Below, piece by piece: positions 41,101 through 53,341 of a DNA stretch of 64,000 nt. Under the pieces are notes generated by a model. That model searched no databases. It saw only the letters and a program-made list of their open reading frames with translations, and was not told the origin of the DNA. Source of the stretch: Catajapyx aquilonaris (taxonomy: Eukaryota); assembly GCA_000934665.2 (NCBI GenBank), contig KZ538058.1, positions 62,001 through 126,000 of the forward strand. Direction: 5' to 3'. How positions within the stretch are numbered: position 1 is the first letter of the stretch; each line of letters starts with the position of its first letter. Made by a program: the position numbers and the translations under genes.

Positions 41101-44100
41101 CAATTGGCAGTTTCCTCTCTAGTGTCCATCGGGGGCTGTACAGAGTGAGCAACATGAACCTGAGGCTCCCCAGCCTGCTTCTGCTGGTGGGTTGCTGGGT
41201 GCCAACAACCACCAACGGACAGCTGGAGGCTGCTGGCGACATAGCCCACTACATTCCGTTAGGTCTGGGCCTGGTTGAGCACCTGTACCAGCTTGGACAG
41301 AAGCTATTCAAGGACTCCAACTTCAACTTGGACATCGATTTGGGACGGGGATTCGAAAGGGAGATACTGCGAGAGATCAAGCTGGTCTATGAAGTACTGG
41401 ACAAACACTCATCGAAGGTACGTTTGGGGTCGGAGCCACGCGGCGCATTCCATTACATTACACGATCTCATCCCGTATATATAAAACAACAATGCTGAGT
41501 TACGATAATGGTGGATATCACGCTCAAATGCCCCGCGGCCACTTTCGCTTGCACCAGGAGAAATCTTCCGGCCTTGCGAACCTATACTAGGCTTGAGATC
41601 AAGGCTGTACGAATCAAATCCATACAAACTATTACATCTCGTCAAAGTCATGAATGGTTGGGGACAACACAATGCGTCATGCGCAGGGTTCCTTCTCAAG
41701 TTGCGAGCTAACTTCATCTGGCGGTGTAATTTGATCGGTAACCTATACGTGTGATTCATCATAAAAGACCTTGACAGGTTTTTGTTGTCTGAGTAGCTTC
41801 TTTTGCCAACCGGACCGGATCTGGCAATCTTACAACGTTCGCAAGAAATCGGAAGCATTTATTATGGAGTGCTCTCAGTGCACCTGTATTTTCTGTATAG
41901 ACTTTCGAAAGCGGATTGCGCATCATAAGTTTTACAGCTGCACATGTTGCGTCACTATGTACAGTCACATATTACGATGTACGCTGAATCAATATCGACC
42001 AGTACTTGCCATCGACGGGCTCGGGTCTGACTTGAAGGCATGTGGAATATTTTGCTTCATTATCGTCTCAACATCCGTATTCACCCGCTCGTCTCTCGCA
42101 ATAAAGAATTGCATCTCATACTCAGGAATGTGTCACCCGTTGCATTTAGTACACGTTTTTCTTGTCACATTATCACCTTTTTGTGAGATATAGCACGCAA
42201 TTTATCCTACTGAACCACTTCCGACAATGGCTTTTTTTTTTCCTTTCTCATATGTGCCTGCTTTCACTTTATATTCATAATCTGCATTTATCTTCAGCTG
42301 GAAGCAGCCCAGGAATCCCTCCGAGAGCTGACCCAACTTCCTCGCGTGGTACGATGGCAGCAGCGGATGGACAGACTGGCCGAATACATGCGTGTCCTCC
42401 TGTCACTGGACCGTACCTTCCACACCTACCAGACCTTCAGGGATCAACTCAACCCAACCACCCTCCAGAACTTCGCCCAGCAAGTGGTAGGACACGACTC
42501 CTCATCAGTTGGAAGTGTCCTGGACTACATACACGACATGGTGGTGCCCTACGATGCAATCACAGGTCAAGGCATGTTCACTATGCAGCTCGACGTATTC
42601 AAAGTAAGTCCAGTAGAATTCGCCCAATTCATTCCCAATAAAAAAGTAAAGATCAACGATTGCTAAATCGCATGGTGCATTTAGCAAAACAGCTAATTGC
42701 TCTGATGACACGAAAAACGGTAGGTTAGAAGTCACGCGTGAGAAATACCATGCACTGTTAATCATGCGGACCCCCGTCATTACCAGGTAGCTCCTCCGAT
42801 CGTAGGATTGAAAAAAAAAAAAAATCTATTGAAAACATCCTGCATGCGGTCACACCCATCCGCAAAACAAGATTAAAATCGGACATGAATTTCGCTTACG
42901 TAAGTGTTTTGCATACACATTTTCGACAATCCCGAGTTATCCGATAATTCCAAGAGAAAGGCATGCGCAAACACAATTCCTCAACATGTTTTTCGACACA
43001 AAATATGGACCATAAAACTATATATCACAGGCCCTCAAATTTCTGAGGAATTAGGGCGGACCTTCGGAGACTGGACCGGAGAATAAAAAAATAAAGGTCA
43101 TTCACCGTTACAATGGCGTAGGTTGTACAAAGACCCAAGAAAATATCTGCCCTGCAGCCACGACCTTTTCAAGCCTTGGAAAGATTGCCCTTCACTGGAT
43201 GCATTGCATTGGGAGGAAGTGATAAGTGAAACTGAAGACTTTTGACGCACAGTATGCACCGATTACGTTGCCCAACATCGATTATACGAGCAGCATTTCG
43301 TGATCCATTTAATGCTCACTTCAGAACAATGGATGGACAGCCCTTTTTATTACTTATTCACGAACCATTTCCAGGTAGCGTGACTCATGCGTGTCTGTAC
43401 CGAACGTCCTTGCCAAAAATAACGCGTCATTGGTCACACTGTTTCCAGAAAAAAGAGCACGTGTCAATGCATCTGAAAAAATGCTCCCCTATTGTATTTC
43501 CCAGCAACATTCCATCTCAGCCCAACCAGTAGATAGGAAGGGGGGGCCAAAAAAAATGGGGGGTGGGGACGTGTTGTTGATTCCAGAGGGCAGATTCTTA
43601 ATGGCCTGTAACAGACCGAGGACGTGGTAGATAAGTCCAGACCGCACTTGTTTGTGCGTTGCCGTCACTCAGCCAACTCCACTTATCTCAGAACCTCAGT
43701 AGTGGTCAGACCTCTAGATTGGCAGTGCGCAGTTGGAAGCAGAACCAAGAAGATGAAGGCTGTGGTGCTGCTGATGCTGCTAGGTGCAGTATGTGCAGCC
43801 AACAAGGGGACACCGGTTATGTCGGTGTCGCAACAGAGAGAGCGCACCATGGGATTCTTTGACCTGCTGTGGGCCTTCATGGAGGATGAGGATCCTACGC
43901 CGAGGAGCAATGAGATACTGGGGAGCATGCAGAGAAACCTGTTACCACGGATTAAGGAGTTTGATGACATGCTGGCACACACAAATGCAGAGTCCAGTTT
44001 GTATATGATTCAGGTGGGCATGTCGCTGTATCCAAGTGGTAACGGATGGACCGAGGCTTGGGGGCTGCTGGAGATGCAGATGGCACCCATGCGGGGTCTC

Positions 44101-47100
44101 TTCGACTGGATCGGAAGACACCAGGAGAGGCTGGATTCAAGAACGCTGCTGGATTATGCAGAGACAGTGCTCACGTCTGGACCTGGGTCTGTGCCCGAGG
44201 CAATGATGCAGCTTGGAATGTCACCACTGTCAGACAGGGGTGTATTTTGGCAGTTGCTAAATACCATAAAGGTGAAAAATGACCGGTTCAGAAGGTGGTA
44301 AGCATGGTTATTGGAATGTGGTATTAACTTGTGGATTGGTGTCTTTACAGAACAATCCGCAGATGATGTGCAGCACCAAGCAGTCTCCAGCGCAGTTGCT
44401 GTACAGCTTGTACAACCTGATTGCCATCACAGAGATCAAAGGCTACACCATGATGCACTTCTCCTGGCTTGTACTCCAATTGCACAACAAAGGTAAGCAC
44501 ACTTCAACAAGACTTCTTGAGATCAGCTGAATTATGCAATGCCATGAATTCACTTGAAGTGATGGTAATGAGTTTTCTAAACATGCCACATCTTGCAACC
44601 AAGCTTTCTGACCTACAGTCACTCGACCCTCCCGACCTTTTGGTATAGCCATAATATCAAGCATTCAACTGTCACTGTAGGTGAATGTGACATATCTGAC
44701 GTGCATATGGAAAGTAGAGCAATGAAAAATTAGACTTGGGCCTATTGCCAATAGTGACATGTGCAACATCATGCTGTCCTGTACCGATTTCTCTTAATTT
44801 TAATTTGAACTGATGCTGCAAAAAAAATTACATTTGAGCAATAATTAGCCTGTATTCAGATTGTTGTTTTACCTGAGAGAACCTACATTCTAACAGATAA
44901 TATACTTAATTTCAGGTAACTTCTCCGAGGAAGCTAAGATTGCCCGAGACGATCTAATGCGTCGATCCCGAGAGAAGGCTGCTGTTGCACAAGAAGTTAT
45001 GTCCAAGATGACTGCAGAGTATTGGCGTTGCGACCCAGACCGCTATGAGGAAGGTACCAACTATCTGCAGATGACACGCCTACTGCAGGGCTACATCGAG
45101 AATGAGCTTGACCTCAACACGCACGAGACCTGCAAGCAGACGTGTGGGTACTACACCTACGCCAGGTCAGAGACCTGCTACAAGAACCTGTTCTGCGCGC
45201 AACAGAAGCGGTGCAAGGGACGTGTTGTAGACTGCCAATTCATCGACTCTGATTCCACCGTGTGCCTCTCAGACTCACCAAATCGTCGTTATGACTGGGT
45301 TGAGTATGAAAATGGACGGGTACTTGGAAATAAGGGCTCCTGCTCCCGATCCAAGAAGGTGGACAGCTGGTGGCGATGGATATTCTGGCATTGCTCATAC
45401 TGTTTCTGCTTCTGTGATGAGGCTGGCGCTGATTCTGACCGCTACTTCAGCATGAAGGAGAGCCTTGCTGACATGACAAAGAACAAGGTTGTAACTGGAG
45501 TGCGCTGGGTGAAAGTCAACCGCATCTTTCACATACAAGTACAGCAGGGTGTTGCCTTGACATCTGGGGGTGTCAATGAATCAACAGTTGCATGGGTGAA
45601 CGTGCCAGCAGTGTCCATTGACAGTGGCCGTGATGGTACTGACTATCATATGATGTCTGGTGACCGTCGTGGCTTGGATCTTGATGACCTGCATGTACCA
45701 GAAAGCCACGTCGTGACTGGAGTCCGCATGCGTCGCCTTGGCACTAACCTCAACCTGGAGATCCGGGCAACTGCTATGGACTTTGTAACTGGAAAACTGA
45801 AGCCAGCTGTGTCACTCTGGATTAGCAACGACAACACCCCAGCTGCCCTTAAGAATCCACGCCAGAAGTTGACACTGCGGGAGCCGGATGTGCCAACGAA
45901 GGCTAGGGCAGCAAACATGCCAGACAGTCGCTCAGGGCAGTACTTGGAATTCACTCACACCTCACTTGGAAAGGATGTGGCGCAAACAACAGTTCCTTTC
46001 ATCGATGCCCAGCCTGTCGCAGTTCAGCCTCCATCATGGTTGGATGGTATTGGAATAATGCACCGGGGCACATCTGGATATGGTGGGTTTGTCTCTCTGA
46101 AGGTGTTCACAACAAACTACACCAATTACTTGGAGGAGCCTATAGTGGACATGTCTGAGTTTCAACGGTTGGTGAAGGAGGAAGATCACGAACCCATGAA
46201 GATGGCACCTACGACAACCCTGCCACCAGTTACAACTACCAGTACCCTGCAACCATCAGTTACAAACACTAAGTCAAGCGAGGATGACCGAAATAATGAG
46301 GTGTGAACAACTGATTGCAAAAAATTGCTGACTTTTCTGCCATGAACTGGCTCTTAATTTTAATGTGTACAGATGGGGGGGTTTGAATCATTTGCAGTGT
46401 TTACCTGACTCTCGCTGCACTGCATCTCATTGTATCTTACTGAATAAAAAGGCGTTTAAAAAGCTAATCGTAGAGTGAATTCAGTGTCGCACGGACTACG
46501 TCATTGGTGTTCTAACCTACACATGGGCTTAGTTGTACCAATTCAATTAAGAGATCGCAACTGATGACGAATAGGTATTCACAGTGTGTAATAGGATATT
46601 TTCTCTTAAACACGTCAATTACGATGATTGCTTTATGCATGCAAATGGAAGCAGTAATTCTTACAATGCGGAGGCAGGCCCTGGTGGACAATTCAGCATT
46701 GACAAGTGCGCATAAAATGATATCTGATGACCACGATATCCTTGTTTTGAGCTATTTCCGCATAGCCTTGCCCTATCTCTCCCCACCCCAAAAGCCTTGA
46801 ACCTCTCCGAAGTGATTGGGATCACCAAACCATGCTTGACATCCACAATAAGAATTTTTTAAAGTAAAGAAAAGAGCCACTTTACCTGAACCTGCAGGGG
46901 ATGCATGACCATCAGGTGCAATATGTTGGGTGGAGGAAGGACATCCGCACAACTCAACTGCTGCTTCTTCACTGCCTGGCTCATGAATACAGCAAAGTAA
47001 CGATGTAGCGGGAGGTGAAAAGACACTTGGAAGGAGTCCGCCTGAAACAAAATTACAAACACCCAATCAATAACATATCCTTAGGTATTTTAACAGAGTT

Positions 47101-50100
47101 CTGCCTTCACTAGTTATCACAATCGAGGCACAGGAAATACAAAAAAAGAGCGCATAATTTCTGCTTAATTTAAGTTTAAGAATAAATATATTGAATCTTA
47201 TCCATAAACCAATTATTGGGCCTGCAGTAGTCCCAGGATTAGGGTGGATAAGTTCCTTCAATTTTTCATGGCCACATTCAGTCATATGCATTTCAAATAA
47301 TAAGCCAATCTCCTGGTTTGCACCCAAGATTTCCATTTTGCTTTTTTGTGGTTGAAATCTTAATCACATATTATATAATTTTGACACTAGAAAAAGTAGC
47401 TGCCCAAAAGTAACTGCGTAAAATATGAGCTCAACAACTGAAATGGAAATTCTAATTCTAAGGTCATCCAGGATGGCCTGCTCTCCCTGTTATCACAAAC
47501 CAGCATCCTGGCATGAGAGGAAGTAACAAAAATAGCTGCATTGAGCGGGGAATCCCTCACTCTTACGTAGTAGTAACAGTAGTAATGGGCACCCCCAGTA
47601 CGCCTTCCGAGATGAAAATATTTGCATTAAAAGACTGCACACAAAAAGATGGAAACTTTAGTTTTTGCTTTCATAATGACTTCCCTTTGTTTTAATGATA
47701 TTGATAAATGTTACGCATAAGGTACTGGCCAGGATTAAGACAAGGATGAGTTTGCATGCTCCACATCCTAAAGACAGAAAATCTCACCATCTCTGGATCG
47801 CTGAAATTGATGGCTTCAAACCACTCAAGGAGGGAGTTGAGGCAGTTCTTCAGCACCTGCTTGGTGAGTTTCACAGTTGTACTGTCCTTCAGGTGGGATA
47901 CCAGGGCCCACATGGGAGAGGAGCTAGCTTCCAATTCCGCTGAGAAGGCTGCATAGTATGTGTTTGGCTCAAATTCCACATGCTGTGCCAACTCCCTCTG
48001 GTTCACATTCATACCTGTGAATTGGCAGAAGAAGGAAAATAGTGTGAATGAGTGAAACAAATTCTATCAAACACGAACCTTCTGGGTACACGCAGTGGTA
48101 TACCACATTAATAAACTCCACATTCACACAGTAATACAGTGCAAAATTCAAATACATATGGTGGGACTCCGTATGTCACTAAAAATCCTCTGTAGGACAA
48201 CGAATATTACAAAAATGGTTGGTCACAATGTAATGAGAATTAACTCAAGAAGTTCTACATCAATGTTCTCCATAAATCAGACTGCACTTTAAGTTTCATC
48301 AATATTTCCTGGACTTGGCCATAAAATAATTTCAAAGAAATCATTCCCAAAATCAACTTGGTCAAAATAATTTTCCCACCAATGTTTATCTCTTCCTGAA
48401 CACACAGTCCCATGTTAACTGAGGCATTTTCCAAACCATGGTACCAGATCTACGTTGAGCACTCTTGCCACCATGTCTATTCAGGTAGGATGATACAATT
48501 TCATGATCTTTCTGAGAGCCTGTATGTTAACTAACCAATTCAAATCCCCGCAGAAACATTGAACTGACAAATGAACAATAATTTCAGCAAACTGCATTTG
48601 GTCACAGTGCTTTGAGCCTCTTCTGCAATTCGAAGAGCTTCAGCAATCTTCCTTACAGTATAAGTTACATCGTATATGCCATATGTACAAATCATAAAGT
48701 AAACTTGGAAAGCTCAACAGAGTCGGAGACTACATCATGTTTCCAAACATTGGAATCTGCAAAACTTGGAACCATGGACTCATACAGCTTCTAACCGCGA
48801 TGCTCATAATGAGCAATGATGCTTCATGATTTTCAAACTTCATAGATGGTCCAGATATTTGGACAGTTTATATGGCAAAATACAGTGGGCATGGCATTGA
48901 GTTGCAATGTGTGGCAAAAATAAAGGATTCTCTTATTAGATTACTTATGTCAGAAAGCATGTTTCACTTGCTTCAAGTCACAACACAGCATGGTCCGAAC
49001 TGCATTAGCTTGCTGGCTTTACTCCACAAGTGTTACAAACTGCATGAAAATAGTGGAAATAAGTTGTAAACACTGCAACCTAAACAGTTTGCCGTAGAAA
49101 ATTCAAAATAAAATTGCACCATGTGAAGTACCTCTTCTCCGAGAAGTTAACCTACAGCATTACAACTTGTCATTGACATGCCCCAGAAAGTGTTCTAGGA
49201 TCGCCATCATCATCTTAGACAAGAATTAGTTAAATAATTCACCTTGAAACATGGAGAGAAAGGCGAACCACATTTCAAGTAGGCTGTCATCAGAGAGAAA
49301 CTTCATTGCAACAGGCCGATGAGACAGCACGTTGTTGAGATCGGACACAAGGGGCCAGTAACAGTGGTCCTTCATGACGTGTCTCCCACAGTCCACCACG
49401 TAATGGTAATTCTTGTCTTGGTCATGTAGTGTGTTCTGGATGATGATCTTGCTCATCATGTACTTAAGGCTGATGACCATGACATGGAGGAGGTAGAGGT
49501 GCTCTGTCATGCGGAGAGCCAGTTCCTCATTGGAGAAGAGCTGTACGCTCACATGCACCACCCTGTTGGACAGGGTGTCTGGATCTGAAGAGCGCACTAG
49601 CATCATGGAAATGCGGCTATAGTGAAGCACAAATGCCTTCGTAAAAGCCTCCTTGTAGTCTGGATCTGGAAGCATGTTCAGCAGGAGGCACACTAGCTTC
49701 TGTGGAAACTCAAACTTGGCTGTCCAGAACACTAGCTCCTCAAGAAAGGTGCGATGGACAAGATGCTCCTGAAGTGCTGGGCAATCTGGAGCGAGAAGAT
49801 TAATAAAAATAAGACTGCAAACAAAATCCTACTGAAGTATTTTTTTCACGCCTAAGGACTAATACAAAAGACAACTAAACATGAAATGCTTAAAATCAAG
49901 TAGTCGTAGAGAGGAACATAGTTCACACATTTTGTGCACTATGTAACTTCAAAAAGTAATTATAGTCACATACCTCTATAATCATCTGGAGGCTCTGGAT
50001 TGGGAAGTGATTTCACAGCTTGTTCATACGTGTTCTTGCTCTCCCTCATATACGCTGAAAACTCTGAGTCTTCGTTGTTCCATTCCATCAAGTTTTTGTA

Positions 50101-53100
50101 CACCTAGCAAGAATGCATCATTAGTTACAAGGTACAAAACACTCCTGTTAGTCATTCAGGTGACGCAAATGTTTTTCTCTGCCAATGAAATTATTGCAAA
50201 AATATCTTTCAAAATATGTCATGTTCCTTATGAAATTTTGCATATTCTTGTTACTGAAAACACTTGGATGACACTTCTATTCATGCCCTCACTTTCTCTT
50301 ATTTGCAATCAGCCTTCTCTTGAATTTTCATTCATTAAATTATTTATCATTGATATATTTACCTGTGGGTTTATAAGCACATTGGTCATGACTTTCCTCA
50401 TGGCAGCACCCATGGTGCTGAACTCATGCAGCATGGTGAGAAATGGATCTGAGTCTTGGATGGCTTTAAGATGTGCATCCAGAGATTCACTTTTGCTGAA
50501 AACAATATTTGCATGTTAATTCCCGTGACTATTTAAAAAAACTGGGGACACAAACCTAGGATAATTTGGAATTAGCATACCTGTTGTCCCGCAAATGCTG
50601 CATAAGACGGAGAATAATGCGAGGCATCATAGCATTGGCCACACACAACAGGTCAGATGGTATTGATGGCTTATTAACCTGTGCCTGTGGGCCATGCCGA
50701 TGGCAAAACCTTTAATGAAAGGCAAATTGTAATTCCACTTTTATTGATTAATCATGCTAATGATCAAAGCTTGACTCACCCTGATTCCTTCATTACCGAG
50801 GTGTCACCACAGTCACAAGCTCCACCAGCCTGGCTCCTAAACATGTTGAAGTCGTGCCCTTCATGATTCCCCTTTTGGAAGCACTCTGCGCAGAGTGACA
50901 TGCATGGAGAAATACCACAAGTGCGACAACGATAGGCCACAAAGTTGGCTGTCCACACCAGGCCACAGGTAGTCGCATTGTCGTAACGATGCACTGAAAA
51001 TAAACGTCATATCGTCAGATCTGGTAGTTATGCAAATAATGTTATAACTTTTATGAAATCTCAACAACCAATGTAAATGCATGTAGGCCTGCTATCACCA
51101 AAATATTATCATGGGACACTTTCTCATAAGAAATGCACGTATGAAAATGTCTGCAATGATACTCTGCCCTGTACTGTTCAAATATTACATACTACTCCTA
51201 TTAATATTATCCCTCATTAGTGCCATCCGCTGTAAACTAGTGACATTTAAGATATCATTAAAATGAATCTCTGTCTGTTTGGCCAATCAGTCCAATCAAT
51301 TATAATCCACATTACTACCTGTTCCAGAGAGGGAGTTACTCAGAAGTCATTTACCTTCACACATGCCATTCAAGGTCTGTAAAAGCAACTGATAGGTTCA
51401 CTGACACCAAAACACCTGAACACATGCACAATTTCTAAAGACAGCTTACTGATTATAACTTATTTTTTATAAAAACTTATACTAAAATTAAGTAGGCTAG
51501 CAAAATAAGAATAAAATGATGAAATCCTATACAATTTCAGTACTTCTTGCTGTCTTTCTATCAAGGTCCCTTTCTTGTCGTAATTCAAAAAAGGATGTGA
51601 CCCAGTGCCAATTAGGGGGATGAAAAAGGAACCCATGTGTGAAGGTAAGCCTGAAGATTTCTCTGATACAGTGAACATGCGACAAAGTGGCTCCTGGCCT
51701 TCTCAAAAAATCTCCCCAATTTCATGGTGCAATAGGGACAAAAACAGATCAAAAAAGGATTCAAGCAAGATGAGGTACCATGGTTGCAAAATAACACATC
51801 TGTCCATCCTTGGGACCTTGGTTTATTTATTTTTTTGCCACACATTAATAACTATTAGCATCACTCTGATGAGATGATAATATAATCCAGGGTAAGCAGG
51901 TAGAATGAGCACACTCATCTAGCAATAAAGCTTCAGCATAATTATTTTCAACATAATGGATAGGGGGAGGGGGGAGAAGGTGTGCTCCACTCCTCATAAT
52001 AAGCCCCTCAAGTTTATTTGGACGTAATTGTCTTAATTTGCAGGTTTTAATTCCTTCAGATGCTAGCACCACACACCACTGATTTACGAACTGCTGCAAT
52101 GTTTCTTAGTGGGCAACTCTCCAAAAAATGACAAACATGTCGAAAATTTACCTCAAACTAATTTGCAGCTTACATAATTGCAATTGGGTGCCTGTCAAAA
52201 ATTTCAAAGTAACCTGTAACTGTTGATATAGCGCATGAGATCCTATCAAATTAATTTGGTCCACTGTGCGGTTTTTGAATTTTTTTTAAACCACCTATTA
52301 TAGTTATGTTTCTAGAAAATCAAGGACAAGAGTCAGTTGAGACTGCTTGCACGAACAATTGTGACCTTCTAAAATCTTATAAGCTGAACATATTTCATGT
52401 AAGATTACTTTTATTCAAATACGAAATCAACTATGTCAGAGAGATTGATGAAGCTGGCATGGGGAATCCCAGTTACAATATGGAAGACTTCTGAGTACCA
52501 CTATGGTATTGATCGCTGTGATTCACATGCCTCGGATGATTCTACAGTTTAATAAATGATGACGATGCTGCAGTCATATTGCAGTCCTGGATTTAGAGTT
52601 CATCTGTACCGAAAGTGTCGTTACACAGAGTCACAAGAGAAGAACATTGGGAGACTCAGTTTTCATTAAATTAAACTTTAACAAGTCCAATGATTTTTAC
52701 ATGAAGGTTACAGACTGTATGAGAAAGATATTATTAAGTCTACTATGCCTAGGCACAGAGTCATAATAATGCTTAAGTATTTTCAAGTGTACAAAACATG
52801 TTGTATTCCTGATGGACAGACAATTTTGTGAAAATGTCAATTTCTTTTTACAGTATAGGGCCTACATTATTTTAATGAATCCTATTATTGTAGGTAACTT
52901 AGCCTTTTACATAAAAGGTAATGCTTCCAAGCAGGAGGGGGAATATCACATTGATATTAGAATTGTTGCCAGAATTGACATTGAAAAAACACACAAGAAA
53001 TATTACTATCAACAACTGCTACTAAAAGTGATAGTGTAGCACAGCGAACGCAACTGTTCAACTATTTCTGCCGATTACACACTTCTAAATATATTCCTCT

Positions 53101-53341
53101 CTAAGACAACACAATGGATATATCCCTTACCTGTGGCAGAGAACTCGTCCGGTGTGCGACCTCCAGCCATGAGCCACTTGCACCAGTCTATGGTTTCCCA
53201 TTCCCCAATCGCTTTAAATGGGTTTAGAAGGAGATTCAGCAGGTCCGTCAGGTGCTGGTGGTTGGAGGAGCTGGCACATTCAGCCTGCACATATGCAGCT
53301 GCACCACGCTTCCCCTTCTTCATTAAAACCTGGGCTGCCAT
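32129..53341 (-). CDS. UBR3: E3 ubiquitin-protein ligase UBR3, 21 coding exons
   Basis: Exons: 53341-53131, 50993-50780, 50709-50581, 50495-50363, 50103-49974, 49785-49243, 48014-47788, 47041-46886, 38806-38625, 38559-38426, 38284-37972, 37688-37279, 37022-36825, 36129-35615, 35548-35354, 35266-34724, 34648-34331, 34157 (or 34175)-33887, 33821-32863, 32567-32428, 32246-32129. UBR box [30 protein letters not shown]...GGACDCGD; split RING-H2 CAIC...CGHHLHLDC...CPVC; C-terminal CLLCG/WGSVYLD region. Confidence 0.96.
32642..32784. mobile_element. PIF/Harbinger (Tourist-like) MITE in a UBR3 intron
   Basis: Near-perfect hairpin aggccacttcacaaaaaaatgtcgcgcggcaaa / tttgccgcgcgacattttttttgtgaaatggcct with TTA flanks. 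Confidence 0.82.
41154..46306 (+). CDS. orion: Orion/DUF4803-type secreted chemokine-like protein, distal-promoter isoform (~700 aa), nested in UBR3 intron
   Basis: Exons 41154-41417 (signal peptide [22 protein letters not shown]) and 42298-42603 (ends in phase 0, donor gtaagt). Inferred to splice to shared exons 44351-44492 and 44916-46306; no alternative 3' exons are visible for this module. Confidence 0.68.
43753..46306 (+). CDS. orion: Orion/DUF4803-type secreted chemokine-like protein, proximal-promoter isoform (~683 aa), nested in UBR3 intron
   Basis: Exons 43753-44271 (signal peptide [15 protein letters not shown]), 44351-44492, 44916-46306. Motifs: [51 protein letters not shown]3C motif CKQTC (45131-45145), RRY (45284-45292), [24 protein letters not shown] twice, [25 protein letters not shown] at 46443. 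Confidence 0.85.

Noticed and set aside
40917..41153. N-terminal extension of the 193-aa ORF upstream of the orion module 1 start
   Set aside because: It would bury the signal peptide; the ATG at 41154 has better context and follows a TATA-like tatacaaaa near 41045.
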